From: Felis catus
Lineage: Eukaryota
Length of the DNA stretch: 64,000 bases
Direction: 5' to 3'
Assembly (NCBI RefSeq): GCF_018350175.1
Contig: NC_058368.1
Coordinates: 235,044,001 to 235,108,000, forward strand
Every line of letters begins with the position of its first letter. Position 1 is the first letter of the stretch. This document shows positions 35,334 to 48,872 of the stretch, piece by piece. Both the position numbers and the translations under genes were made by a program. The notes beneath the pieces were generated by a model. The model was not told where the DNA came from. It worked only from the letters and a program-made list of their open reading frames with translations, and made no database searches.

Positions 35334-38026
35334 TACTGTGTTTCTGGTCAAGGAAAGCATTTACAGGGACACGAAAGTTTTCTAAGTGTTTGTTCGCTGA
35401 CATAACACTGTGGGCAGGGCTAAATTTCTTCTAACCGTGTTCTAGTAGGCTGTCCATCACATCCAGTCTTCTGGGGGGCCTGGTTTGGGTGTCTATTCCA
35501 TTCTTACAGCCTGTGTCAGGCTGTTAAGATCTGAAGCCATGAGCATAAATGACACCGAGTCTAGAACCTAAGCAGAGGCCTAACCCTCAGTTCAGTTCCT
35601 AGACTCTCTTGTGTGCCGTTTAGGTAAGACGTGTGCGTGTGTGCCTTGAGGCTGAGCCCTGGAATAAGTGAACCACTCATGGGGCTGCTTTTCCAAGGTC
35701 TTCTCTCTGCACAATCTTCTCAGTTCTTTTAGTTCCTTAAAGCTCTCCTTTGGATTCCTGAAAACACAGAGTTTATTGATCCTACTGTGCTGCGTACTTA
35801 CCAAGATGGTGCCCACAATGAAGGCCAAGTGATGCAAGGACCTAAAACAAGGAAACGGACATTCACAGCACCTCCTGAAGGTTAGAATTCCTCTGATCAA
35901 TGAGGACGATGCTCTCCTTCGTAGATTAGGCACCTTGGGTCCCCTGCTGTTGTTACTTCAGACGCCTTTGGTGCTCCTCAAGTGTGAACTGAAGAGTTTA
36001 TCCTGGAGGTCTCTCCCTTCTTGGTCCACCCTGATGTCTATGGCTGGGCTTCTGACTACAAGAAATAAAGATCTTGTCATCAGTTTAACGGAACTCCAAA
36101 TTCCAGTCTTCTTCCCCAATCCGCCTGGTACTATTTACCTTCTGGAGCTCTTGAAGAGCTGACCCCAGTGCTCTGTCCAGTCTCATGGCTGTCCTCACTG
36201 GGGCCAGTGGGGTGGAGTGCACCTGCTCCTGTCACCTGCGACTAGATCCCTGCCTCGTCTCATCATCCCAGTGTTGCATCTTGGGACTCAAATAATCCTG
36301 TCTTTTCACTGGAAATGAACTTGACCGAGTTTTTCATACATATTATTTAACTAGTTTCTCATATGATACTCCACATATGAGTACTCATACTCAGATGATT
36401 ATTCTGCAGTTTTTACAGAGGAAGAAATTCAGACAAAGAGCCTGAGCCGCAGAGCTGACGTGCAGCGGAAGAGACTCAAACCTGCACCTTCAAATCCTAA
36501 CTTAGCGATTTCAGGGCCGCTTCTGGAATTCTTTATCAGCTGGGACACCGGTTATTATGGGACCAAGATTTTCCTCCTGGGACAAGAAACCACAGGTTTT
36601 GCATAAAACAGAATTGTCTTCCCCCAGACTTGAATTAAGATGATAATGATGATTTTAGTGCAAACTGAATAAAGTGCAAACAAGTCATAACTTGTGGGAA
36701 AATGCCTGTGTGTATAATCTCCCCCAAACCTATTGATATACCCACCAAGGTACAAGGATAACCACTATTGCACCCTACTTCCCAGATCTTGATATTTATG
36801 TATTTATTCTTCATATGTCAGTATAGCTTTTCCTTAGGGAACGTTATAATGAGTTGTAGCAAGATCTCGGGTTGGGTTTATCAAACTGTATCTCCCTAAC
36901 AAAAATACTGTTTTGTTTCCTTGGGGTCTGATGAAAAAAAAAAAAAAAGAAACGAGATCTTTTATTTTTCCCTTATAGAAAAAACATTAATGAGATGACT
37001 AATTATAATTATATAACCTCAGAAACGGAATACTGAAATCAAAGAATACTTATTTTCTGATTTTTGTATATACATCCACCTTGCTAAGTCTCCTCTTTTC
37101 ATATTGAGAAAGAGAAATTTTCCATTTTTCTCCTAAAGTTGAAAATGGAAATTCTTGTTTTCAAAACTCTGAAAATGAAAGCTCTCTCGCCAGAACTCCC
37201 CTGATGAAATTTGCTGGAGGCATCTGGTGTCTCTGAATTTTAATAATCCCTTTATAGAAAAGTTTTCCTTTTTATCACCCACACTGAATGTGAGCATTTG
37301 TTTTCAATCTCCCGTCTTCCTCCATGAAATCAGAATAATAAACCCGGCATCTCTGCCTTCAGCCCGAGGCTTCGAGAGGTATGCCCAGCAAACCCTCCAC
37401 ATCCTTTGATAAACACTCCCAGGAGGCCTCCTGCGAGCCTTAGAAGCTCCCAGGGTAGCCTTTCCGACAGGGTGAAACTGAAAAACGTATCAGAGGAGGA
37501 AAAGGAGGCAATTTGGCACACGGTTATGTGATGGAATATCAGATTTGACACCAGAGGGGAGAGAGCTCTAAGGGGTTCAGAAGAATCTTTGTCTTGAGTA
37601 AACCTCCTGTTCTCAAACATAAGAAATGAGAAACAGTCCATCCCCTTTGCCCTTGACTTGTCTGGGGACAAGCGTCATCCTCACCTTGGTGGCGGTGTGG
37701 CGCAGGTCGTCTCCCGGGAGAGAGGCAGGCAGTGGCCGGCTTTCCCCTGGCCGCCTTTCCACCCTGGTGGCACCGTGTCTCCGGCCCCTTCCAGAAATCC
37801 TCCTGGTAAGAGCCAGCGTGAGGGGTTTGGGGTAAAACTATTCATGTAGATATATTTCTCGATGGTTGTGTTCTCCATCGTAAGTTCCTGTTTCTGCTTA
37901 CTAGACAATATGGTTGTCGTGACAAAATAAAATACACATGGCAATGGAATTGCTGGCCATCTAGCGGATGTGAATAGTTACCATTAAACCGGCACCTTAA
38001 TTCAGGTAAGTTAGAAAAGAAAAGGA

Positions 38027-38265
38027 GGGATGCCTGGGTGGCTCAGTCCGTTAAGCTGTTAAGCATCCGACTCTTGATTTCTGCTCAGGTCATGATCTCA
38101 CTGTTCTTGAGATGATTCATGACTTATAAGCCCCGTGTCAGGCTCTGTGCTGACAGCGTGGAGACTGTTTGCGATTCTCTCTCCCCCTCCTCTCTCTCTG
38201 CCCCTCCCCTGCTCATGCTATCTCTCTTTCTCTCAAAATACATAAATGAACATTAAAAAAAGAAA
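38027..38265 (+). mobile_element. Can-SINE with small internal duplications
   Basis: Head with GTTAAGC repeated, body, tail; TSD AAAAGAAAAGG. Confidence 0.9.
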
Positions 38266-40569
38266 AAGAAAAGGCATTGGAGTGCCAAACTAGAGGTCTC
38301 CAAAGTCCTTTCTAATTATAACATTATGTGATTCTAAAAAACGATTAAGAGTGATTTCTAATCCAAATTATATTATATATAACCAAATATTATATTTATG
38401 AATATTTTATGTGTGACTTCATACACATGTATTACCACATTATCCATGTAAATACATATATATGTGTGTAGATACCTATGTGTGTAGCTATAATTGCATG
38501 AGTACTTTTATAATGTTTGATGACCGTAAAATTATTCTGAATGGTTTTTTTTTCTAAGCACTTAAAACATTTACTACTTGAATTCCATTGAGGTCGAGCC
38601 ACTACATTGATACCCTGGCATTTCATCGAATAAAGAATCTATTCAGCCAAGAAAAGCATTGGCCTGGTCAAATTATAGCTTCCCAATCATTGGAACTTAA
38701 ATGCTGACATTTAACTGAATTGTTAACCAAATTTCATTTTAAAAAAAGGAGCAATTAAGGGAAACAACCCAGACTTCTGTTTAAACATTCAAAATGCAGT
38801 ACTCCTTTTTCCTGAGCCCTCATGACGAAGCAGGTGGATTGGGGCGGAGTCCATGCCTCTCACCTTGGATGTCATCACACTGCTGTGCACTGAGACCGGT
38901 ACACTTGTTTTTGCAGGTGCCGAGGACGCTGATATGTGCAGCAAGTCCTGGGAAAGTTTTGGGGTGCTTTGGGGTGGGGGGGACGGAGCTAGGGCCGGTA
39001 CAGTCCGCCTGCGGTCCTGTCAGTCCAAATGGTCATTCATTTGTGTTGGTGGTGTTATTCTGAACATTACAAGACAATCTCATTTTGCCTTGATTATTAT
39101 AAAGTTCCTACAGGTTGATTATAGAAAACATGGAAGTAAAAGAAAAATAATTAACTGATCCACATCTCACTGTCTTGACAAGCCATTGGTGAGGATTTGA
39201 TGACTGGGTACATTTCTTACAAGTGGATTTCTATGAAATTATAGAATAAATTTTCACACATATATCTACAAATATATCTCCACACACGGGCGTGTATATG
39301 TACATATGAACGTATATGTACACACAGAGAGATATTTATGTTTTGAAAGTGAAGTTTATGTAAGTTGGTACTCTGTGTCTGTGTGTGTGTGTTTTCACAT
39401 CTGTACCATAAATATTTCCCGTGTGAGCAGCATGAGACTAGCAGACTCTGAAATGCAGGAATGCAGCCTGGACAGGAGGCTGTGAGTCACTGACGCCATG
39501 CGCACGGGTTCAACGTCTCAGGAAGAGGACCATGTGTAGGTCAATCACCTGCAGCAGATCATTAAAGAGCTCCTACTTCTTTGTATCCCTCTCTGCATCC
39601 CCCATGGCTCCTGGGTTAAAGCCAGGGTGGTCAGCAAGGAGTGAGTCCATTACAAGGATCTGCAGACTTAGAGTAGAGACTCCTAAACATGTGAGTTAGC
39701 TCATCTCGAAGGTACTGTCCTTATCAAAATTAAGCCCAGCACATGTTTTCATCACACAGCTGCATCATCCTTCCATGTTCCGCTGATAGCCATTAGTAGA
39801 TCTTAAGGGCTGTCAGGCTGCACAGGAGGGGCACAGGCGGAGCTCCTGGATGCAGAGCAAAGCTCTTCCACTGCCGTTGTCCAATGAACTTCTGGAGTAG
39901 GAGGCAGAAAATCATAAAAGGCATGTAGGAAGGAAGATGACTGATCAAATAGCTTGTACTGATATAGGGGAATTCTCAAGGGGACCCAAGAATCCATAGA
40001 ACAAAGAGAAAAATCACTCCTATTAGAGACATCACCACAAATATTTTACTTTCCAAAACAAACAAACAAACAAACAAACAAAGCTTAGAAGGCAGTAAAG
40101 CAAAGGCTGAGCCTCAGAAACTCTTGCTAATTTATTCCTCCCAGCCCCCTGGCTGCCCCAGTTCCTGTGCCCCTGAGTGTATAGCAGATGATAGGGTCTT
40201 CTCCTTGGAGCAGGCTTATTAAAATCCAGCACACTGAATGGCTCTCACTGTGGAGCCCCATGCACAGGAACGCATGAGCATCTCACAGGTGAGGCTGCTG
40301 CTACCATGGTGTCATCCAAGTGGGTGCCACGTGCCCAAGTGTTCTCCCACCCATACCCACGGGAGGCGCCATCTTCCCTTGAAAAATACATCCTCGTTGC
40401 TCTCATCCCATTTCCACTGTTGTCAGTGGACTGGATATCCCATCTCCATGTGTGCGTTGCCCATCCGGATCTTTTCTGCCGTTGCTGTCTATATGTTCTA
40501 CTCTTCCACCTGTGGGGTGGTCTTTTTTATAAACTTCTCATAGAAAGAATAGTAATAACTATCTTCTGG

Positions 40570-40740
40570 ACGCTTACTATGACCTAGTCATAGTGGCGAG
40601 GATTTTACAGACATTACTTAATTGGATGCCCAACACGATCCAGTGCAACAGAATAATCGTCACTTCCCCATTTTGCAGATGCACACACTAAGGCACGAGG
40701 AGGCTCAATTATTTGACCAAGAGCACACGGTTAAGGGCAC
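40570..40740 (-). mobile_element. MIR remnant
   Basis: CCCCATTTTGCAGATG...CTAAGGCAC..GAGGCTCAATTATTTGACCAAG resembles the MIR core. Confidence 0.55.
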
Positions 40741-40869
40741 AGTACCTGGCAAATAGGATGGCAGGTCCTCACTAAGCAGTAGCTAATATGCTGTCCTGTA
40801 TTACTGCATTACTGTTTCCCCTCCCTCCCTCCCTCTGTCTCCTACTCCTGCCCTCTAATTTTCGAAGAG

Positions 40870-42550
40870 AGAAGTTTAAGTACACAAGAAAACTGAGCAG
40901 AGGTTGAAGAGCATTCCCATATCTCCCTGTCAACACCCCCCCCCCCCGCCCAGTATACATTTGTTACAATCAATGAACCTGCACCAATACACCATAATCA
41001 CCCAGAGTCCATAGGTTACATTAGGGTTCACCATTGTACTCTTGGACTTGTACATTCTATGAGTTTGGACAAATATTTACCAACATGTATCTATCATTAC
41101 AGTGTCACACAGAGTTTTTCACTGACCTAAAAATCCTCTGAGATCTGCTATTCATCCCTCACTCCTCCCAACCCCAGGCAACCACTGATCTTTTTGCTAT
41201 CTCCATAGTTTTATCTTTTCCAAAATGTCACGGAGTTGGAATCACACAGGATGTAACCTTTTCAGATTGGCTTCTTTTGCTCATAATGCATTAAGTTCCC
41301 TCTATGACTTTTTCTGCCCTGATGGTGCATTTCTTTTTAGTGCTGAATAATATTCCATAGTCAGGATGTGACAGTTTACTTATCCATTTACTGAAGGACT
41401 TCTTGGTTGCGTCTGAGTTTTGGTGATTATGAATAAAGCTGCTGTAATCATGGGTGTGCAGGTTTTTTTTTTTTTCAGGTTGTGTGGGTAGACATAAGTT
41501 TTCAACTCATTTGTTCGTTTGGATAAGTACCGAGGAGGATGACTGCTAGATCATAGGGTATGTTTAGTTTTGTAAGAAACTACCAACTGTCTTCCAAAGT
41601 GGTGGCACCATGTTGCATTCCCAGCAGCGAAGAGTGAGAGTTCCTGTTGCTCCGCATCCGTGCCAGCATTTGATGTCATCAGAGTTTTGTATTTTGGCCA
41701 ATCTCCTTGGTGCATAAGTGGTATCCCATGGTTGTTAAAACCTCAGTGCCCTAATGACATCAGATGGTGAGTATCTTTTCATATGGTCACTGCCATTTGC
41801 GTACCTTCTTTTTTTTAATGTTTATTTATTTTTGAGAGAGAGACAGAGCATGAGCAGGGGAGGGGTAGAGAGAGGGGAAGACACAGAATCCGAAGCAGGA
41901 TCCAGGCTCCGAGCTGTCAGCACAGAGCCCAATGCAGGGCTTGAACTCATGGACCGTGAGATCATGACCTGAGGCGAAGTCAGATGCTCAACCGACTGAG
42001 CCACCCAGGCACCCCTGCATACCTTCTTTAGTGAGGTATCTGTTCAACACTTTTGCCCATTTTTAAAAATCAGGTGGTTCGTTTTTATTGTTTAATTTTA
42101 AGAGTTCTTTGCATATTTTGGATAAAAGTCTCTTGTTGTGTGTCTTTTGCAAATATTTTCTCCCCCTCTTTGGCTTGCTTTTCATTCTCTGTGGCCATTT
42201 TCTCAAGGTGGAAGCTTTTAATGTGAATGAAGTCCAACTTATCGGACATTCCTTTCATGGATCGTACCTTTCCAGCTGTATCCAGAAAAGTATCTCCAAG
42301 CCCCAGGTCATCTGGATTTCCCCTACGGTGTCTCCCTGGAGTTTTATAGTGTGGGGTTTTGCATTTTGATCTATGATCCATTTTGATTTAACTTGTGTCA
42401 ATGGTCTGTGTCTAGATTTGCTTTTTTTTTTTTTTTTGTATGTGGATGTCTAGTTTTTCTGCACCATTTGTTGAAGATACTGTCTTTGCCCCATTATGTT
42501 ACCTTTGCTCCCTTGTCAAAGATCAGGCACATTTATCTATGTGGGTCTGA
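40870..42550 (-). mobile_element. Old LINE-1 3' portion (L1MC/L1MB-like), interrupted by a SINE
   Basis: ACATTTGTTACAATCAATGAACCT..., CCCCAGGCAACCACTGATC, GAAACTACCAACTGTCTTCCAAAGTGG, GCACCATTTGTTGAAGA; decayed ORF2 peptide in ORF 42085-42381. Confidence 0.88.
41809..42015 (-). mobile_element. Can-SINE inserted in old L1
   Basis: Full reverse structure; TSD TGC(G/A)TACCTTCTTT. Confidence 0.95.
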
Positions 42551-42559
42551 CTTGCCTTT

Positions 42560-43760
42560 TTAAAGGGATTTTAGGAGCACTTTATACATTATGACCATTA
42601 ACCGCTTGTCGAGTGCACATGTGGCAAACGTCTTCTAGACTCTCGTTTGTTTTAATTTTGTTAATGGGGACTCGTGGACAGATCTTAACTTCTAACTGCA
42701 TAATCTGTTACTTCTTTCTTTTACATCTCTGGGCTTTCTGCCTTGCATAGAAAGGTGGAAGTTATAAAAATATTATTTTATTTTTTTTTCTTCTGACCAT
42801 CTCATCATGTTCTTTTTATATTATGCTAATCTACATGGTTGTCATCTTGTGTGTGATAAAAAGTAGGAAGGATCCAGACTTAATTTTGCCCACATTGATA
42901 GTCCGTTTTTCTAAAAGATATAAGACATAGTCTGCATTTTCCCTGCTCCGTTGCAATGAAATTTTTAACCATATACTTATCATAAAAAGGGTAAGATCTT
43001 CTTCGCCGATGCCCATGACGGGTTTTAATGTTTTTTGCCTGCCGAATACATGGTGCAGCCAGCTTTTCGAGGTCCTTGAGAAGCACCATGCTGCCTCACG
43101 AGGCGTTGCATTGATTTATAGACTGACTTGAGAAGCTGACGTGTGCACTGGCCAAGTGCCCACCCCGGGGTCACAGCGGGCCTCCACAGTGACTCACACC
43201 CCTCTCCTCCTTTGTTAGACTTCACGTGCGTTTCTCAGATATTTGGGGGGTTATTTCTCCACTCTAATTTCAGTGGAATCACGACCCTTCTGTGATAAAG
43301 TGTTTTAATTTCTTATTCTGGTGCAAAGACAAGTCATTGTTTACAGTCTTCACCACTGGCTGCTTTGCTGAGTTTGTAGAGTGCTTTCTGCTCACCCTCC
43401 TGGATTTCCTGGGCCTCTAATTACACAGTTGGTAAATGTCGCTTTTCTCTAACTTATTTATCTCTATGCTCATCACAATGGCTAGGATGTCCAGGTCAGT
43501 GGTGACCACGAGCACGGGGAGCAGAAATCCTTGGCACACACGAGAACTTGAGGGAAACGCGTCTCTTCTTGCACACGCGGAATAGTTCGTGTGGGATTCT
43601 AGCCGACAGCCTGTGTCGACGTGAAGAACTCTTCCTCTACTCTCTCTGCCAGGTGTTCCGGAAGGAATAGCGGTGAATGTTATCCCATGCTATCTCAGCA
43701 TCTGCGATAATCGTATGTACATAAATTTTCTATCTGAATATGCTAACGTAATTATTTCAA
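42560..43760 (-). mobile_element. Highly degraded LINE-1 ORF2 region (L1M/L1ME-like)
   Basis: TGGCTAGGATGTCCAG...AATCCTTG...CTTGAGGGAAA...TGAAGAACTCTTCCTCTACTC collinear with the reverse L1 RT region. Confidence 0.5.
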
Positions 43761-46504
43761 TAATACACTGCCCCACCCTTTGATAACCTTGAAAGGTAAC
43801 TATTGTCCCACCTCCTCCTGCAGATCATCAGAGAAGGTCATTAGCTCGCCCATGATAGCCGCTATCAAGTGGCAGAGTAGGGATCAAAGAATTTCATCTG
43901 GCCCCAAAGCTCACGACCCGGCCTAGGGTTAAAGTATTCTTCGAACCCTCCCTTTGGACTGTGCACACCACAGAGAGGGAAGCAGGGAAGAGGGAAGCAG
44001 GGCACGGGAACATACGTGTACGAAGTGTCCCCAGAGAGAGCCTGTGTGCTGCCCTGTGTACGGTCCCACTCAGAGGTCCCGGGAGAGGAGTGGTTGGGGG
44101 TGAGTTGGGAAGCAAGGCTTCCCCAGCCGCCACCACCATGTGCAGATTGCCAGCGGTGCCCCCTGGCCCACACTGACAGCCTGTCAAGGCCACCACTGCC
44201 TCCCCTGGGGGAAACACGGGGAGATGACATCCCACCTCTGGCCAAGGGTGGCGGGTTCCCTTGACTCTTCTCTGCTGGGGGCGAGGCCGCAGTGTCTCTG
44301 CTAAGCCGAGGCCCTGAGACACACTTTGCCATGAGCCCACACCGCCTTTGGGTTGGCGACCGACTCCACGTTGTAGGACCCCCCGGCCCTCCACCCGCAC
44401 CCGGGCAGCCTGAGCGGGCAAACACACGAGCATGTGCTCTCTGCCCATGACAGGAGCACCTCCCACGTCCTTCCACCTGGGGGGCAGACCCGGCAAAGCA
44501 ACGGGGCATCTGTGCACCATCTCCACGTCTGGAAGCCTCCACGGACTCTCGTCCTCAGAATCAGTCCCGCACAGAAGCCTTCCTGTCTTCAAGGGCACAT
44601 ACAACCCACATGCTGCAAAACAGGTTTCACCTTGCTGTCCGTGCATTTGTGGCCCAGATTAGCCTTTTCTATCGTTCCCCAGGCCGTCGTGAGAATCCAC
44701 GTCCACACAGACTAAAGAACATAGGAGAAAAACACCTGTAGAGACCTGCACACACATGCACATGCACAGGCACATGCACAGGCACACACACACGCACACT
44801 CACAGGCACACGAGCAATAAGACACCGAATGTCTCTGAGCTTGGGCAAACCGAGTGAGCGTAAGTTTCCTTTGTTTGTCATATTAATTTCCGTGCGGTGG
44901 AGAGGCTGCGCTGGTGGCTCTCCCTTCTCCTAGCTTGATTTTTATTTATTGCTTTTCCATCTGGTTGCAATTGGGTGTAGGGGCATGATCACATTCATTA
45001 TCGTGCCAGGAGCCATAGCACATGCCACGCGTCCCCGCCCAGCGCGGTCGTGTGCCAGAGAGATGTGGCGGGAGCAGAGATTTATTGACACGGTGTTCTT
45101 TAATTATCTCGATGGCCTTTTGCAAAATGAGGAAGGAAGGCTTCCAGGCAGCCACCTCGGTCTTCAGGCTACGTTTCCTAGTCACCGCGCGTCTGGCTCT
45201 CGCCTTCGTTTTTGTGAGGTTGGCTCTCCTGGGTTTTCCCGGGAAAATGCAATTCCTCAGGATTATGAGCTTGACTATGAGCTGTTGCCTCCCGCGCGGC
45301 AGACAGCTGCCTCGGCACTTTCAAATGTGCCGGCTGCCGGGTGCCAGGGCTCACCTCCCAAACGCCTAGCGCTCGGATGTCCAACACCGTCCTTATAGAG
45401 CATATAATGCAGTGCTGACTTCCAGGATACAAAGTGAAGATTCCTATTTTGCCACCTTGAGCAGTCCCCGCAACACTAGTCCATCGGTCTGTGCCCCATC
45501 TTCCTCTCCCTGGATTCCCAGTGCTCTGAGATGACGTCTCTGGCATTCTGAAAGTCATCAATCCTAGTGTAGAGTCAGAACACACAGACGAAGCCATGCT
45601 GGCTTGCTTGGGCAGGCCGGCTCTGCTCCCGGACCCCACGCTCAGCCCTGCTGTTGTCGCCTTTGATTCTCCCCCACCATTCAGCCTCGGCCGAGTCTGC
45701 CCTGCTGAACCCCAGCCCTGGAACCCTGCCCCACCCCCTGCACCCTGACCAGATGCCTTCCTCACTCCTCCTCCAAGGTTGCTGGGGTGCTGCTGGACAT
45801 GCCCGAGATCTGAAGGCGATTTCACGAGGGACCACCTTGTGCAGCGAAACTTCACTTCCGAACCAATGCGAGGCACCTTCCCTGCTCAGCCTGTGGCTTC
45901 CTGGGAGAGCAAAGTGCCCTGCGTGGGGACTGAGGGCAGGAAGGGGACAGACAGCCGGGTGACGTGAAGGGAACGACCTAAGACCACCTCCCCAAAGTGC
46001 AAAGCTCACCTGGAAGGCGAACATCCCGAGCTCACTTTTCAGTGATTAATTCCTGCCCCCCACGGAGACAGTTCCAATGTCCTCGCCCACCCCCTGTGTG
46101 AGCCTCTACAGGAAGCCTGAGCCACAACCGCTACAGAGGGCCTTGTGTCTTCCTCTGAAAATGCCACCTTCCTGGACCGTCTCCTGTTTTCTCAGCTTTA
46201 GACTCAGAGGCTTCTGGCTACGAAGTACCCAGCATGCATTGGTGGGATTCTCTGAATCATGGCACCCAGGAGAGAGGCAGTCTATGTCCAGTCTTCAAAC
46301 CCCAGCCCAGCAGACTTCCTTCTACAATGTTCTGCTCCTCGTTCATGCAACACCACCACACCCCCTCCCCCATGAGCAAAATCATCCTTTTTGATGCTTA
46401 GGAACTTAGTGAGAAGTGGACATCATTAGCGGTGGCGGCCTTGCCCTGCTGCTCTCCATCTTGTTATGTCAAGACGGAAGCTCTCCCCGGGTGGGAAGCC
46501 AGCA

Positions 46505-47634
46505 CCCCAACATCACAGGCTGGTCTCAAACATCGCAGGCTGGCCCTCAACATCACAGGCTGGTCCCCAACATCACCCCCAACATCACAGGCTGGCCCCC
46601 AACATCGCAGGCTGGCCCCCAACACTGCAGGCTGGCCCCCAACATCACAGGCTGGCCCCCAACACTGCAGGCTGGCCCCCAACATCACAGGCTGGTCCCC
46701 AACATCACCCCCAACATCACAGCCTGGCCCCCAACATCGCAGGCTGGCCCCCAACATCACAGGCTAGCCCCCAACATCACAGGCTGGTCCCCAACATCAC
46801 AGGCTGACCCCCAACATCGCAGGCTACCCCCCAACATCACAGGCTGACCCCCAACATCGCAAGCTAGCCCCCAACATCACAGGCTGGCCTGCAACATCAC
46901 AGGCTCATCCCCAACATTGCCCCCAACATCACAGGCTGGTCCCCAACATCATCCCCAAAATCACAGGCTGGCCCCAAACATCGCAGACTGGCCCGCAACA
47001 TCACAGGCTGGTCCCCAACATCATCCTCAAAATCACAGGCTGGCCCTCAACATCACAGGCTGGTCTCCAACATCACCCCCAACATCACAGGCTGACCCCC
47101 AACATCGCAGGCTAGCCCCCAACATCACAGGCTGGCCCCCAACATCACAGGCTAGCCCCCAACATCACAGGCTGGTCCCCAACATCATCCCCAAAATCAC
47201 AGGCTGGCCCCAAACATCGCAGACTGGCCCGCAACATCGCAGGCTGGCCCTCAACATCACAGGCTGGTCCCCAACATCACCCCCAACATCACAGGCTGGC
47301 CCCCAACATCGCAGGCTGGCCCCCAACACCACAGGCTGGTCCCAAACATCGCAGGCTGGCCCCAAGATGACAGGCTGTTCCCCAACATCACCCCCAACAT
47401 TGCAGGCTGGCCCCCAACATCGCAGGCTGGCCCCCAACATCACAGGCTGACCCCCAACATCGCAGGCTAGCCCCCAACATCACAGGCTGGCCCCCAACAT
47501 CGCAGGCTAGCCCCCAACATCACAGGCTGGTCCCCAACATCATCCCCAAAATCACAGGCTGGCCCCAAACATTGCAGGCTGGACCCCAACATCACAGGCT
47601 GGTCCCCAACATTGACCCCAACATCGCAGGCTGG
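46505..47634. repeat. Minisatellite (VNTR), 20-bp consensus CCCCCAACATCACAGGCTGG with interspersed 12-bp short units
   Basis: ~1130 bp of tandem units with variants (CATCGC/CATCAC; GCTGG/GCTAG/GCTGA). Confidence 0.97.
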
Positions 47635-48633
47635 TTTCCTGCAGCATTCCATGAGGTGGCATGGGACCAAGGGCCAAATGATCCTTTCACCTTCCAGGTG
47701 ACCACCCCCACCCCTGCTAAGGAAGCTCAGCCTCCCCCAGACTCCCCATGCCCAAGCTGGCCTTCCAAAGCCTCATTCCTGGGGGATTTAGGACATGCAC
47801 AGTCTAGCGACATCGCTCCACTTTATTCTTCCTAGCCTCAAACTTTTTGTTTCCCTTTCTTGCTCCCCCGATGTATTCTTTCGAAAATGACAAGCCAGAT
47901 GAGCCGACCAGCCTCATCCATCTCTGTTTTTAGATCCTGGAACCTTTTTCTCCCTCTTCCCTTCACGGTGTCCCCGCCCACTATGTGCAGAGGGAGAGAC
48001 GACTATTCCTGCCCCCGGCCGTCAGCTGGGAGGCAGGCTGCACCCCTCAAGGAAATCGGCCTGCTCATATTGTTGGGGAAGGACCCCTCTTTGGCTGTAG
48101 ACACTGATCACCGAGCCAACTGCAGGATGTAATTTGGGAAAAACCCATAACCATGTTTTTGTTTCATCCTGGATGTTTGCCCACTAATAAAAATGCTGCC
48201 TAAGCAAGAGTGTGGGGCTAAATATAAGTCCGATCTGTGCACTGGGGAAACAGCCAAGCCGGGCAGCTTGGCACACGGTCTGCTTCTTAGTTTTACAAAA
48301 ATAATGTTTTGAGCTATTTTCCTCATTATTAATTTATAGAAGAATCATGAAGAGAAAATTCACGAAGACCAGCATTGTCTGAGGTGGAAAAGACCTTTAA
48401 AAGTCTTTACTTCTGTTTGCATTGACTTACGGAGGCAGAGAGCACGGGGCACGAGCTGGGGAGAAAGTGACTGCATTTGGATCACCAGCACTGGGCCACA
48501 GCATCAACCCAGGACAGAGTCCCTGGCCCCAGCCTGGGGTCTGTCCCCATACATAGCTGCTCTTTGGGCCATTGACTGTGGTTTTATGGACCTTGCTTCT
48601 CAGATGCGCGCTTACATATACTTTTTACCATTT

Positions 48634-48839
48634 AATTTATTTTAGTGTTTACTTATGTTTGAGAGAGAGACAGAGCATGAGCGGGGGAGGGGCAGAGAGA
48701 GAGGGAGACGGAATCTGAAGCAGGCTCCAGGCTCCGAGCTGTCAGCACACAGCCCGATGCGGGGCTCGAACTCACAAACTGCGAGATCCTGACCTGAGCT
48801 GAAGTCGGACGCTTAGCCCACTGAGGCGCTCAGGCGCCC
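48634..48839 (-). mobile_element. Can-SINE
   Basis: Reverse structure; TSD TTTTTAC(C/T)ATTTAA. Confidence 0.94.
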
Positions 48840-48872
48840 GGATAGTTTTTACTATTTAAATATAAATCATGA

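Noticed and set aside
43865..45876. Several 150-250 aa ORFs in GC-rich sequence
   Set aside because: They overlap on both strands, have no recognisable domain and are expected by chance at this GC content.
46416..47670. Repetitive ORFs (SQAGPQHHRLAPNITGWPPT) and CRISPR-like periodicity
   Set aside because: This is a tandem minisatellite with scattered stops and no unique spacers or cas genes; the host is a mammal.
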